IMG/VR virus record: IMGVR_UViG_3300028045_001344
Span: 64,001 to 128,000 of that record
Reading direction: 5' to 3' (one strand)
DNA length: 64,000 nucleotides
Source: a virus
Below are positions 36,901 to 46,918 of the stretch, one piece after another. The notes below the pieces were generated by a model. The model saw only the letters and a program-made list of their open reading frames with translations, did not search any database and was not told the origin of the DNA. Within the stretch, counting starts at the first letter, position 1. Every line of letters starts with the position of its first letter. The position numbers and the translations under genes were made by a program.

Positions 36901-39900
36901 AGGGATTCTCTTTTGCCATCATAGAAGACATTCTAAATTCAGGCATAATAGAATAGTCTTTACCCATTACACGAATATCTTGTGCATATTCGTCATAAGA
37001 ATTATAAGAAGGATATCTCAGTGATGGTGTTCCAGCGGAATTCGTGACCAAACCCATATCAACCATTCTTTTGCGTTCATTTGTCACATTCCACATCAGC
37101 CCATAATCTTTATATATTCCACCAGAACTAGTATAATAGCCTGTATCATTTGTAATAAATCCAGCCGGATAAGTATATGAAATAGAAGCTGTCCAGTATG
37201 AAGATTCTGGGCAACTCTGTTCATAATTGGTTTCAAAATTTGTCATTGAAGCAGACTTATAATATGCAGTGTCGGCGACATCGGAACCCGAGAAATCGAC
37301 CACCGCATAATACGATTGGTTAAGTGCAACACAAGATTGTGTAAGATCTAATATTGGACCACCATCAACTGAAGTGTCGTTGTAATGTAATGTGTTCACG
37401 TCCTCGCGATGAAAAGTTTCCCAACACGAACCCGTGTTTCTTTGAAAAAGAATTTCTCTTTGAAGGTTGACTTGAACAGAGGTGTATGGTAATCCTGTTA
37501 CAGAACTTGTAATTTGATCATTCCAGTTTCGCATAATTCTGTAGCGATCTGTTTCCGGGTCTAATGTTCCAGGTCCAGAGTCAGAGTCAGACTTAAATCG
37601 ACAAACGTTGTTGCCATTATGCGAGGTCTTTATAGAAGCTACGCTACTTGACACCCAAGCGGAATAAGACCAGAGCCCAACGTCGTAGGCATTTTCAGTT
37701 TGATCCGGGGCTCCTACCATAATTGAGAATGTCATTGTGTAATCATTCGAACCCGTCACCACACTTGTGCAGACAGTATCGCATGTTGCGCCCAAGGTGG
37801 CTAAACACGCAGAAGAAGTCGAGGCAAGATAAGTGGAGCCCGATGGCTGAAGACCCATTCTCATACACCAAAAGCGCACAAGAGGCGTTGGTCCCCCTGG
37901 GGGAACGATAGTTCCCGAAGGTTGAAAAGTGTAGTGCCCTATGTTGCCAACTGTGTATAAAGTATAAATGCCGGTGGTGAAATCGCAACCATAGCATCCC
38001 TCCGATCCAGTTCCACCAGGACAAGAAGCGGAGCCAAGATATGTTTGAGCAGAAGAAGTATCCCAAAAGCCATGGTTCCAGCCACAACACCACGGACCTA
38101 TGCCGATCCCATTCCACTTATAGTCAATAGTTTGAGCGCCGCAGGAGGTATCGGTAAAATTAATATATCCACTCGAAGCAGTTATTGGGCAAGTCACATT
38201 TCCAACGTGGTTATTACCTGAGAGATATAGTGAAGATGATGGAATAATTTCACCATTAAAAACACTAATCAAGTTATCATAATTTAATCTTGTAAGTTCT
38301 CCAAAATCGCCGCCTGTCTTCGAAGTATAAGTTGTTGCCAAGATTAGTGTGTCTGAAGAAGCTGTATTGTGAAAAGTTTTGTTGGTTCCCATTGGCCAGA
38401 TGCTACTTGCCCAGCCATCAGTGTATCCCAATGAAGATGAAAGAGTTGTTCGAAAATCAAAATTACCAGTAAGAAGATTTCCGTTATCTCCGAATTCTTG
38501 AAGGGTTTCAAGTTTTCTGTTTCTGGTCAACCAATCATCTTTCCAGAAAGTTCTTCGGTATGTAGAATTTCGATCTATCCCGTTTGAACCATAAGATGCG
38601 ATTGCGAACCCGTTGAAATCAACTGATGCTGTTTCCGAATAATTTGTGCGACCTCGGTTTTCCGCTAGTCCTGTATAAATCTGTCTTGGGTAGTTCCATT
38701 CAGAGTATTTAAGAAACTTGAATTTATCAGGATTGCGCTGATATTGCTGTCGCAAAAGATCGTGCATTTGTGTTTGAGGTGTGCGACCAAAGCGGCGTGT
38801 TTGAGTATTGTAATCACCAAGCCCTAAATCTTCAGTAAGCCCATAGTTAGCACAAAACGAAAGATTGTTGCTAAATGTGTTTCTTATCATAACTGGTGGT
38901 ATCGAATTTCTCGCAACTCCATCAGCCAATGATGGATTTTGATTTATCAATCCAGTAGTTAAGGGATTGTATTTGAATGTAACTGGGGGCTCTGTATAGT
39001 AAGCTGTTGATCCCGAATCTTTATACCAATTTGGTGTCTCGGGGAAGCTTGAGTCAGCGGCGAAAATAGCTGCTTTTTCTAAGGGAGTTAGCAATATTTT
39101 GTCTTTGGAACCCACCGTAATGATATTGTTATTTTTTTGATAGCGGGCAATTGATGTTTCACCAGTCCTTATTTGTTTCCAAGAAGGATATTGATAGGGT
39201 CCATCGCGATGTAATAATAAAGCGTGAAGCATATCTCTGGCTGGATTGATGCGAGGGCACAAATAAGCAAATGCGCGGTTTTCATAATCGCTGTCCGAAG
39301 AACTTAAGAGATTTTGTGATTCGACAATCGGATCATTGATATATGTGTTAAGACCTACAAAATCTAAAGAAGCGGTGAAGCCGCCAGTCGAAGCAGTATA
39401 TTCACATGGAACATCAGGCACATCTAACACAATAGACGTATATTTTGCTTGTGAATAAGCATTATAAATTGGTGTGGCCAAGCTATAAACATCTGCTATA
39501 TACCCACCCAAAGAAGAATTAACACTATCGCCAAATGTATCACCCATTCTCCACCAAGATTGTAGGGCATTCTCGGCTGTGTCGGGAAGGATTGATAAAT
39601 CATTTGGGCATCCTCCATTATATATCTCGTGTATTGATGCCGATGTTAACGTGGAATACCAAAAACTAATTTCATCTAAGGCTCCCGAATGAAAATTATA
39701 ATAATTGTTATAATTAACTGGCTTATCTTTTTGAGCCCCAATAAACGTGCTGGAAGACACAGTAGTGGTTCGGCCGGAGGCTATATAAGATGTGGGCGGA
39801 TCTTCATATCCATCAATATAAACATTCAAGTTCCAATCATAGGGTGGGAAGACCGGAGTTGAAGTATTAAACGTAGCTACAATATGGTGCCAGGTGCCGC

Positions 39901-42900
39901 TAACAATACCGGGCAACCCAACCGACGAAGTATGTTGGCGTATTGTTCCGCCAGAGTCAGTATCCATAACCTCAAAGATAATCTGATTTCGCGCAGCCGC
40001 AGCAGACGCAGTTTGTGATCCAATGTATAGCCGCCAATCACAGTCACCCTTATCGACAGCTACACCACCAGTTGACTTCCATCTCGACATCAATACTCGG
40101 GGATGATCGTGGCTTGATGTAACCATCATCCAGAGAGAAATTGAGAAATCTCCCGTTGCGCCATCGGGACCGAAAACACCGGGAATAGAGGGGGTGACAG
40201 AAGATACTGTGCCCGGTTCTAAATAACCAATTGTCAGTGGATCTCCTTTCGCATTTGTAAAATTTACAGAAGATGAATTAAAGAACCCGCCATGTGGATC
40301 ACACGATGGATAATGAGGCACCCAGGAACTACCATCCCAATCTAACAAATTAGATCGAAACGCATATGCCGAACCGGATGGAGTGAATTGAACCATCGGT
40401 GCGTTCGTTGAGAGTGCTCCGCTTGGAACAGTAAAATTAGAACGACCACCATCACCTGATCCAAGCAAACCAAATGGTTGGGCTTTTGTATTATCATAAG
40501 AGGCGTTTATCCACGAATATTGTAACTCACTTCTTGGAATTTGATGTTGAACAAACCAGTTATCGTATTGAATACTTGTTGTTAATTCAGTCGAAGAGGT
40601 TCCAACTAAGGCACCCAAAGTTTTTGGATTTCTATTGACTTTAAAATATGCGCCTATTGTGCCGGTGTAACAACAAGCCCTCACAGCATGTTGTTCGGGG
40701 GTTGTGCCGTCTCCTGGGCTTCCAGTGGGATCAATTCCAAATGGACCACAATGTTCCATAGACCACTCGTTAAGAGGCGCACGAACAACCATGTTCCTTT
40801 GATTGAGTTCGTTGCGGATTGCATATTCTTCTGCATATAAATCTAGAACACCACGCGAACTAACATCAGGTCCACCAGGGGCATTAAATCTTTCTACAAA
40901 GATATTTTTTGTTGCGCCGTATTTGCTGAAGTCTGGGAGTTTATAATCTACAAGTCCAACAACCCACGGCGAAGCAGCATACTCTGGAATAAAGCCACCA
41001 TTCTTAACAAAGAATCTGTTATTTAATTTTCGCCCTGAAGTTTGTAGGACTTCATATTCGTGAGAATAGTTTCCAATAATGGTTGATCCGGTTGTTTGTT
41101 TTATGTTGCGAATGTTTACTGGACGCTTAGCCAAAGGTTCTCGCAAAATTGTTGAACGGGCTTGGTGGGTTGTGCGGGGTGTTATTTCCAAATCGGAACC
41201 ATCAAAACCTAGGTTCCAAGCTTCTGGTCTGCACTCAGCGGCTAAAGAACCAGTCGCAAGTGATCCGGTTGATGGCGAACAATTTGTGTTTGGAAAAGGA
41301 ACATGCCTGTGAACCCAGCCACCCACATACTTTTCAGTAAACGGACCTTGGGCTGGAATTTCATAGTCACCACCATATACATCATTGTGATAATTTCTGA
41401 GGTCGATCTGTTTCGGTGTGGCTCCCATTGGTGGAATTGCGCTAGCATATCCCGTTGTCACCGAGGAACTGTATAAATCAAAAGGAGCAAAAATGTCTCC
41501 ATCACCCGAAGCATAACTAATCGGATTATTAGTGAGTTTATAACGAAGCTTTACTTTATCATTCGGATTAATAATATCATCACAATCAATATCATCTTCA
41601 ACTTGAGAAGAACTAATAGTTAGTTGTGTTGATGTTCCAAACGGTAGTTCTGTGTGAGCATACTGAAGATTTTTTATTTTTGATACATTCGTTCCGCCTT
41701 TTAGTTCGGGCATTATTTTTGTTTTAAAACGATAGGGTTTTGTAAAGTTCTTCAGGGCATATGTACTTCCCTCATATTGTACGGGTGTCACGCCCGCGAT
41801 ATCTGTTAAAGTGGGTGGCGTAGAATTTGGTCGCCAATCATTAGCCTCGCGAAACGTATTTCTCTGTGAATCAATAATAGGATCACCAGAAGAAAATGTT
41901 TCGGCTTCCGCTCTTTCGTGTGCCCATACGCAGCTAGAAGTTTGGTTCAAAGGAATTGGAGCTTTGCCACGCTTATAGGGATACATCATTTCATTAATGC
42001 CGTATAGACCTGCTTCTGGATCTTTAGCCTTCATCTCTAGTGTGGGAAACTTATTCCAGTATTTATTTCTTTCTAAAACATGACTCTCGATCATAGAGAA
42101 TACTTTGGGAGAAAAATTAGCACTTGCGGGGAATAGTTGTGTTACCATCTTTCCCATTGAATCATCAATCCATTTAAAATAATCAACAAATTTTTCAAAA
42201 TCCATTGTGGAGTTCTGAACTCTCTCGAAAAATAGTTGCCGCATTTTTTCAAGCGACTTGTAATCTTGACGATATCTATTGACCGGCTCGCCAATCAAAT
42301 TATTGAAATCAATAACGGTGGCAAAGAGTTTTATCATTTCCGCAGAAATGATTGCATTCATACTTTTTTCAATAGTAAAGAAGAATCTTATTGGTCTAGT
42401 ATCTCTAGTAAAAATTTCGATATCTTCATCATTACGAATTTGAACCATGTCAGAACTATTAATAACTTCGGGCGAGTCTTGCTTTGCGGTATATACAAAC
42501 TCACGGATGGTGGCATCTGCGTTGCTTGCGGGAAACGAAAACCCCTTTCCGGGGTGTTTGATTTTTACAAGATCACCATAATCACCATAAGGAGCCGCAG
42601 CAGAAGTTGAGCCAGAAGAAAAATCTCCAACAAAAAATTCACCTAGAGCATCGGAGCCAGTGACTTGAGCGAAATCCCACTGAAGCGCCAAGGTTTCTAT
42701 TTCAGGAACCTTAGTGACTTCTTCTGAAAAGAGATTACCGGGCTGGTTAAGAAAAGTATTTTCTCCGGGATGCTTACGACCAAAGTTGGAAGGATCTTTT
42801 GCATGAGCTAATATTGTAGAATCTTCTAAGTAATCCATCCAATATCGAACAGAAGATATTTTGGTATCAGATCTTTCTAAAACCGAACCAGTGAAATTAG

Positions 42901-45457
42901 TTCTATGAGCACCAACGTACATTCTCTTAGAAGATGATAAAAAGCTTTGACCGTCTGCGTATGACATAGTCCCGGTAATTCGAAATGAATTATCAGTGGA
43001 ATCTAAGATATTATTATAACCTATAAATTCTACATCATAGGTGGTAGGAGTGGAGCCTAGAACAACATTGGGCCACTGGTAGTTTGTTGGCTTTACTTTT
43101 ACTGCTATGTTCCACCTAGAGTTTTCATATACATCCTTTTGTAGACTACTGGTAAGTGTTGGGAAAACTCCGCCAGTGCTACTTGAAAGCATAAACTTGG
43201 CATCTTTATCATTTGCGGCTGGGCGAATTGCATATATTTGAAAGTTAGCAGTATCCGGGGATAGCCAGGTCAGATCAGATTCCGTAGCACTTGGCGTGTG
43301 ACAGCCACCCAAAGAGGAAGTAAGGAATGGGGTAGACCACCAGGAAATATTGTCAGGAGATACCTGCTTCGGAAAAAGAGATTCTAATTGAAAAGTCTGA
43401 CCACGATAAATTTGATCAGCAGAAGAAGATATATAAGATAGTGATGAAGCATCCGATGTGCTTGATGTTTGAAAAACAGTAGCTTCCCAACTAGAAGTAG
43501 TATTAAAATTTGCGTATTCTTTACGAGTTATAGTAGATACATAATTTTCTTTAATGTCATAAGTTACTTCATCTCCATAAAGATTTAGTTTGATTAATTC
43601 TTCGCCTACCCCATAACACCGTATTAGGTTACGAATAGATTTTTCTGCGCCTTTGGATTTGAAGATATAAACCAAATTATTATAGATGTTCTTGTAGATT
43701 CTATTTTTTGTATCATCCAGTTTTTCTGCAAAATTAAGAACATCATCACGATTTGCCAATGATTCTAATTCGGCAGCGTCAGCAAATAATTCTCCCACTG
43801 AAAGACCTGATGATTCTAAAAGCCTGTCCGCAAATGGAAGTGGCTTAAAACTAGAACTGATATAATCTACATCCTTAAGTCTGGGCAATCTTTCAGTTTG
43901 AAGCTGCAAAATATCAAAATAACTTCCCATCACTTGAATGAGTTTTAAAAGGGTGTGACGATCATTTACTGCGTCATCATCTCTGATCCAGCCTGGTAAG
44001 GAATTATAAATGGACGCATTATTATTTATATCATAATTGAACCCTTGCAATAGCAAATTTTCCAATGCCGCTGATACCAGTGGGTTGTATGAATATAAAA
44101 TCGGATCTTTGAATTCTACTAAAGACGCACTAGATTCTACCATAGCAGAACCAGTATCTCGTGAGCCAATATTGTACCCCGTCCAAGCACCATTTGTTAT
44201 ACGACCAGAATAATCTAAAATTATTGCATCTGTATTTTCGACTGAAGCTGTATTGATAATACCTTCGTTGAATTTGTAATAAACACCCAAATCAACGGGA
44301 TTACTATAACTATATTTTGTGGGAGCATACCAATTTTCAGAAACATCGGTATTTGTTCCGCCGCCAACTTGCGTAAACCAATATTGACCAATCTGTTCAG
44401 AACTTCGTTTTGTTTTCCAAAACCTAAACTCATCCATGGAACCTGAAAGTTTTGCAAAGCCCAAGCCGCCCGTAACGGGTGTGTCTATGGTGGTGCCCAT
44501 AGCGCCAATCCAACCCAGCATAGAGCCAGTAATTTCGCCAATACTTCCAGTAGATATTGTGTCGTTGAGTTCACCATTGAGATAAAGTTTAGCTTCTAAA
44601 TTTGCCCCATTATTGACAAAAGTAAAGGCATAGTGATTCCAAGTAGAACCAGTAAGATCAATGTTTTGACCGAGCTGCCCAAGATTAGAATCCAAAAACC
44701 CACCGGCAGTTCCCGACTGAAAGGCAACTGAAAACTGATGAGGCGTAATACTAAAATCACATTCAACACGAAAACGACCATAAGTGCCGCCAAGAGATGC
44801 ACTATTCCATATATCAACAAATATCTGCTTGTCAGACTCAACCGGATCTCCGGTCCATCCATTCTTCTTGAACCAAAATTCTGCTGTGTTTCCAGCGGCG
44901 GCATTGAGTTCTAAATTAGATTGTTGATTAGTATCTTCGTCATAATAGTTGGCATCAGGAACAGCACCTTGATGAGAATCAAAATATTGCGACAAAGAAG
45001 CATTAGGCACATTAGATGGATGAGGACCACCTTTGAAAGAAATATATTCATCTACGGTAGGGGCTTCATAGCCACTAACACCACCCGGACCAACTCCACC
45101 ATAATTTACACCAAGGTTTATATAGCCGGTTGTTCGGGGATATTCATTATCGTAAATATATTTATCAAAAGACGAACCACCATATAGCCACTCGGTTTGC
45201 TCTTTTTTGGAGCCATCATAAGGAAACTCGTTTCCAATATATGAGAAGGCATCAGTATAATATTGTTGTGCTGAGCCATACCGGGAAAAGTTGGCTGGCT
45301 CCGAAAAATCTATTTGTAAATCTACTTGATTCTTTAATTTAATAGTAGAATTAACCCAGTCAGCGCCCTCGCCTTCGGGAGCCAAATCGTTCAGGCTTTT
45401 AGAAGCAAGAACTTTCTGGTTTTTATATAATTCAAATAGATCTTTAATATTCGACAT
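33914..45457 (-). CDS. Giant (3847 aa) LamG-containing baseplate/tail protein
   Basis: LamG motifs (TAEFWFK, WNHYAFT, LYLNG, GSMDEFRFW; SISLWM, WHHIVAT, VYIDG, GALDEISFW); IYNNLVYIFKSKGAEKSIRNLIRCYG resembles baseplate wedge (gp7/gpI-type) helices; follows gp6. Confidence 0.7.
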   Translation of the reverse strand: MSNIKDLFELYKNQKVLASKSLNDLAPEGEGADWVNSTIKLKNQVDLQIDFSEPANFSRYGSAQQYYTDAFSYIGNEFPYDGSKKEQTEWLYGGSSFDKYIYDNEYPRTTGYINLGVNYGGVGPGGVSGYEAPTVDEYISFKGGPHPSNVPNASLSQYFDSHQGAVPDANYYDEDTNQQSNLELNAAAGNTAEFWFKKNGWTGDPVESDKQIFVDIWNSASLGGTYGRFRVECDFSITPHQFSVAFQSGTAGGFLDSNLGQLGQNIDLTGSTWNHYAFTFVNNGANLEAKLYLNGELNDTISTGSIGEITGSMLGWIGAMGTTIDTPVTGGLGFAKLSGSMDEFRFWKTKRSSEQIGQYWFTQVGGGTNTDVSENWYAPTKYSYSNPVDLGVYYKFNEGIINTASVENTDAIILDYSGRITNGAWTGYNIGSRDTGSAMVESSASLVEFKDPILYSYNPLVSAALENLLLQGFNYDINNNASIYNSLPGWIRDDDAVNDRHTLLKLIQVMGSYFDILQLQTERLPRLKDVDYISSSFKPLPFADRLLESSGLSVGELFADAAELESLANRDDVLNFAEKLDDTKNRIYKNIYNNLVYIFKSKGAEKSIRNLIRCYGVGEELIKLNLYGDEVTYDIKENYVSTITRKEYANFNTTSSWEATVFQTSSTSDASSLSYISSSADQIYRGQTFQLESLFPKQVSPDNISWWSTPFLTSSLGGCHTPSATESDLTWLSPDTANFQIYAIRPAANDKDAKFMLSSSTGGVFPTLTSSLQKDVYENSRWNIAVKVKPTNYQWPNVVLGSTPTTYDVEFIGYNNILDSTDNSFRITGTMSYADGQSFLSSSKRMYVGAHRTNFTGSVLERSDTKISSVRYWMDYLEDSTILAHAKDPSNFGRKHPGENTFLNQPGNLFSEEVTKVPEIETLALQWDFAQVTGSDALGEFFVGDFSSGSTSAAAPYGDYGDLVKIKHPGKGFSFPASNADATIREFVYTAKQDSPEVINSSDMVQIRNDEDIEIFTRDTRPIRFFFTIEKSMNAIISAEMIKLFATVIDFNNLIGEPVNRYRQDYKSLEKMRQLFFERVQNSTMDFEKFVDYFKWIDDSMGKMVTQLFPASANFSPKVFSMIESHVLERNKYWNKFPTLEMKAKDPEAGLYGINEMMYPYKRGKAPIPLNQTSSCVWAHERAEAETFSSGDPIIDSQRNTFREANDWRPNSTPPTLTDIAGVTPVQYEGSTYALKNFTKPYRFKTKIMPELKGGTNVSKIKNLQYAHTELPFGTSTQLTISSSQVEDDIDCDDIINPNDKVKLRYKLTNNPISYASGDGDIFAPFDLYSSSVTTGYASAIPPMGATPKQIDLRNYHNDVYGGDYEIPAQGPFTEKYVGGWVHRHVPFPNTNCSPSTGSLATGSLAAECRPEAWNLGFDGSDLEITPRTTHQARSTILREPLAKRPVNIRNIKQTTGSTIIGNYSHEYEVLQTSGRKLNNRFFVKNGGFIPEYAASPWVVGLVDYKLPDFSKYGATKNIFVERFNAPGGPDVSSRGVLDLYAEEYAIRNELNQRNMVVRAPLNEWSMEHCGPFGIDPTGSPGDGTTPEQHAVRACCYTGTIGAYFKVNRNPKTLGALVGTSSTELTTSIQYDNWFVQHQIPRSELQYSWINASYDNTKAQPFGLLGSGDGGRSNFTVPSGALSTNAPMVQFTPSGSAYAFRSNLLDWDGSSWVPHYPSCDPHGGFFNSSSVNFTNAKGDPLTIGYLEPGTVSSVTPSIPGVFGPDGATGDFSISLWMMVTSSHDHPRVLMSRWKSTGGVAVDKGDCDWRLYIGSQTASAAAARNQIIFEVMDTDSGGTIRQHTSSVGLPGIVSGTWHHIVATFNTSTPVFPPYDWNLNVYIDGYEDPPTSYIASGRTTTVSSSTFIGAQKDKPVNYNNYYNFHSGALDEISFWYSTLTSASIHEIYNGGCPNDLSILPDTAENALQSWWRMGDTFGDSVNSSLGGYIADVYSLATPIYNAYSQAKYTSIVLDVPDVPCEYTASTGGFTASLDFVGLNTYINDPIVESQNLLSSSDSDYENRAFAYLCPRINPARDMLHALLLHRDGPYQYPSWKQIRTGETSIARYQKNNNIITVGSKDKILLTPLEKAAIFAADSSFPETPNWYKDSGSTAYYTEPPVTFKYNPLTTGLINQNPSLADGVARNSIPPVMIRNTFSNNLSFCANYGLTEDLGLGDYNTQTRRFGRTPQTQMHDLLRQQYQRNPDKFKFLKYSEWNYPRQIYTGLAENRGRTNYSETASVDFNGFAIASYGSNGIDRNSTYRRTFWKDDWLTRNRKLETLQEFGDNGNLLTGNFDFRTTLSSSLGYTDGWASSIWPMGTNKTFHNTASSDTLILATTYTSKTGGDFGELTRLNYDNLISVFNGEIIPSSSLYLSGNNHVGNVTCPITASSGYINFTDTSCGAQTIDYKWNGIGIGPWCCGWNHGFWDTSSAQTYLGSASCPGGTGSEGCYGCDFTTGIYTLYTVGNIGHYTFQPSGTIVPPGGPTPLVRFWCMRMGLQPSGSTYLASTSSACLATLGATCDTVCTSVVTGSNDYTMTFSIMVGAPDQTENAYDVGLWSYSAWVSSSVASIKTSHNGNNVCRFKSDSDSGPGTLDPETDRYRIMRNWNDQITSSVTGLPYTSVQVNLQREILFQRNTGSCWETFHREDVNTLHYNDTSVDGGPILDLTQSCVALNQSYYAVVDFSGSDVADTAYYKSASMTNFETNYEQSCPESSYWTASISYTYPAGFITNDTGYYTSSGGIYKDYGLMWNVTNERKRMVDMGLVTNSAGTPSLRYPSYNSYDEYAQDIRVMGKDYSIMPEFRMSSMMAKENPYATHTDFLELPGGKTTSSVSADGALNLDFIREYSNSDFLKEFDLLMDQQEDSEGWMSVGSLSLTCKGIKKLLPYDGFYPMSRTTQLSTLFADALDYSSSVGGRNLQLYKWDKAANCFVATTEEDYTSSETLNSIRKQGITTPFFAPGIVYNSIKSGVGVGWTVVTGTCLSDTYTLQNVNTSSVSGNLSGGDFLNTVVYKDPSIARKIDFETIYDMNKLFHKDPGKPSGTVDAAFHIDYPEALDGGFGLDLDCGLTGCSAQGENIDSPNQHFMLSWNGRNPENKISKYNQAMNNFLSECVRFFLRDPKNPETFNQGQLNYFESSPVVACHFVSGATYYMDVILEKTEAKPFTMCESGFSGDFSYTPSQFTAKDPVCRLPDFDEPCEYATWSLGPENTPPVDRSIYNTYSTFDGRYFGPATQKWKSIFNWSSASEGAHYNVSDPAQAPYTPPYYYGKSIARIKYTPGDEWTKQAFENTNPIDVFFEKMEIEFVNTELEEKIKLGNMNYVASTTSPSASVFEDTFSTSSFAYQMAQNVGDSINLKGIKNELKIQYDGVGKLISATNTYSPGKSRWIISSKFECPILDFSNQETQTLTVSGGLHPPTSLSSSGFLDQQPVRLGKGMWSGYGVRKGDSNFVTMGISKVDPAIISPTQIVDGVEISTSLINAFGFNNVSGQTSLHKEVGVLAKKRKISEAVVAIPFTGQANIPDTPGYLPGMASTANPAQMSSLYNMLNEGRNGEVNLFAIDRKRFDPYREAPPNAELPKNSITDMVKMMNEFVLPPSMDFVQNPGIDPFVMYIFKFEQELDQVDLQDIWQGVLPSIGVKAEIEDVTIKHSLLDSNEFFHKRRLPTDVRWLVFKIKKRATMEYSQVTQWNTDDVGGLVTPQPQPDFRSTGQTTFASPIPRIETKFSYNWPHDFYSLVELGKINTEVEFNKKLLPASTEVDPIGKSEGTGASNADQDQSRSEGTGAQSGDSGASSNDGTSHRGTFDPTGGQG

Positions 45458-45463
45458 AATGAC

Positions 45464-46918
45464 TTACTCTATTATCTTAAATTTGTATATATTTTCATCT
45501 TCAATATATTTGCCACCAAGTGAAAACAATAATCTAATTCCATATTCAAAGCCAACCTCAAGCATCGACATATCAAATGTAAAATAACTGCCAGAAACAT
45601 CATAAGAAAGACGAGTGTGATTTTCACTTCCTGTGCCGTATGGCACTATCTGCAAGTCATCCACAGTTCGATATACACTATAATAGATATTATCTAAAAT
45701 GTCTTTTTGTATTCCCGCAATAGCTACAGTGTAGATTGTGGGGTTCCAATTTTTTAAACGAGTATAGAGACGAAAATCATAAACATCCTCATTGTAATAT
45801 TCACATTGAAGATTTGTCATCGCGGAAATATACTCTGCTGTTTGGAAAGTAGGTGAAGCTGTTAGCGATTTTGGTTTATAACTACCAGTATAATAACATA
45901 CTGACTCATCGGAATTGAACCATCTATCGTAGACTACTTCTTCAGTCGTATCAAGGGCAAAGGACGCGCTATAAATTCCAGTCGCGACCCACCCACCCGT
46001 AATTGGATTATTTGGGGCTGCTAGGATTTCAGAACCAGTTGAAGCAGAAATATAATTACGAACATAAATTGCGCCGGTTCCAATAGTGGGAAGATCTACC
46101 AACTGATTTCTATAATAATTATAAAAATAAATCGTGTTTATATTATCTGCGGCTGAACGAGCTGAGCTTGATACAAAGAAATTGCCTCTCTGATCTTTGC
46201 GGGTTGAGTCCCATCGCGCTTCGATGATTGGTCTTTTAAAGAAATATTCACTATCTCTAGCAGAGAACTTTTTAGTATAATAAGAACGGTTTCCATTTTC
46301 TTGGCTCGAAGTCAAATGAACACCAACACCATTGTTCGTATACTCGCCCCCTGCCGCACCAGTCAACCAGTTCTCAACCATCTCTGTTATGTCAACCGAT
46401 AAATCTCCTGTTCCTACATCAAAAACCTGTTGGTAAGTAGGAGAGGATAAATAATCACCACCGGCTGTAGTCCATGGTGTTCCTGCCGAAGCATTGATCC
46501 AATTTGAGCCTGTTCCATTATAAGTTTGATCGCTATAATTTTCCATGTCTAGTCCGTAGCCCTCTTGCCAAGATTGGGAAACAGGCTGTGCCACTAGTGT
46601 AAAATCTCTTGGAGTAGTTTGATCATGGGCTACATTAAATAATCTAAGATAAAAACTGACACTACCACTAGCCGGAATATCACCTGACGCCCGAGCACTT
46701 GCAATAGATAATGTAGAAGAATCCTCTAGTGTCACTGGAAATTGAACTAAAAGCCTTGTAAGTTCGACAGAAGCACTACTGGCTTGTCCAAATATTGAAA
46801 ACACTTCCAAAGAGTCGGCAAGGCCCATGTTGCTGCCCGTGCCTCTGGTTACGAGGTTGGATTCAAATGCATTTGTTATGGTATTATCCTTTATGGCAAC
46901 CCATCTTTTAATTCCCAT
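45464..46918 (-). CDS. Putative virion structural protein
   Basis: Beta-rich; SWQEGYG, WTTAGGDY, LSVDITEMVENWL (DNRLRE-like features); directly downstream of gp6. Confidence 0.55.
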   Translation of the reverse strand: MGIKRWVAIKDNTITNAFESNLVTRGTGSNMGLADSLEVFSIFGQASSASVELTRLLVQFPVTLEDSSTLSIASARASGDIPASGSVSFYLRLFNVAHDQTTPRDFTLVAQPVSQSWQEGYGLDMENYSDQTYNGTGSNWINASAGTPWTTAGGDYLSSPTYQQVFDVGTGDLSVDITEMVENWLTGAAGGEYTNNGVGVHLTSSQENGNRSYYTKKFSARDSEYFFKRPIIEARWDSTRKDQRGNFFVSSSARSAADNINTIYFYNYYRNQLVDLPTIGTGAIYVRNYISASTGSEILAAPNNPITGGWVATGIYSASFALDTTEEVVYDRWFNSDESVCYYTGSYKPKSLTASPTFQTAEYISAMTNLQCEYYNEDVYDFRLYTRLKNWNPTIYTVAIAGIQKDILDNIYYSVYRTVDDLQIVPYGTGSENHTRLSYDVSGSYFTFDMSMLEVGFEYGIRLLFSLGGKYIEDENIYKFKIIE

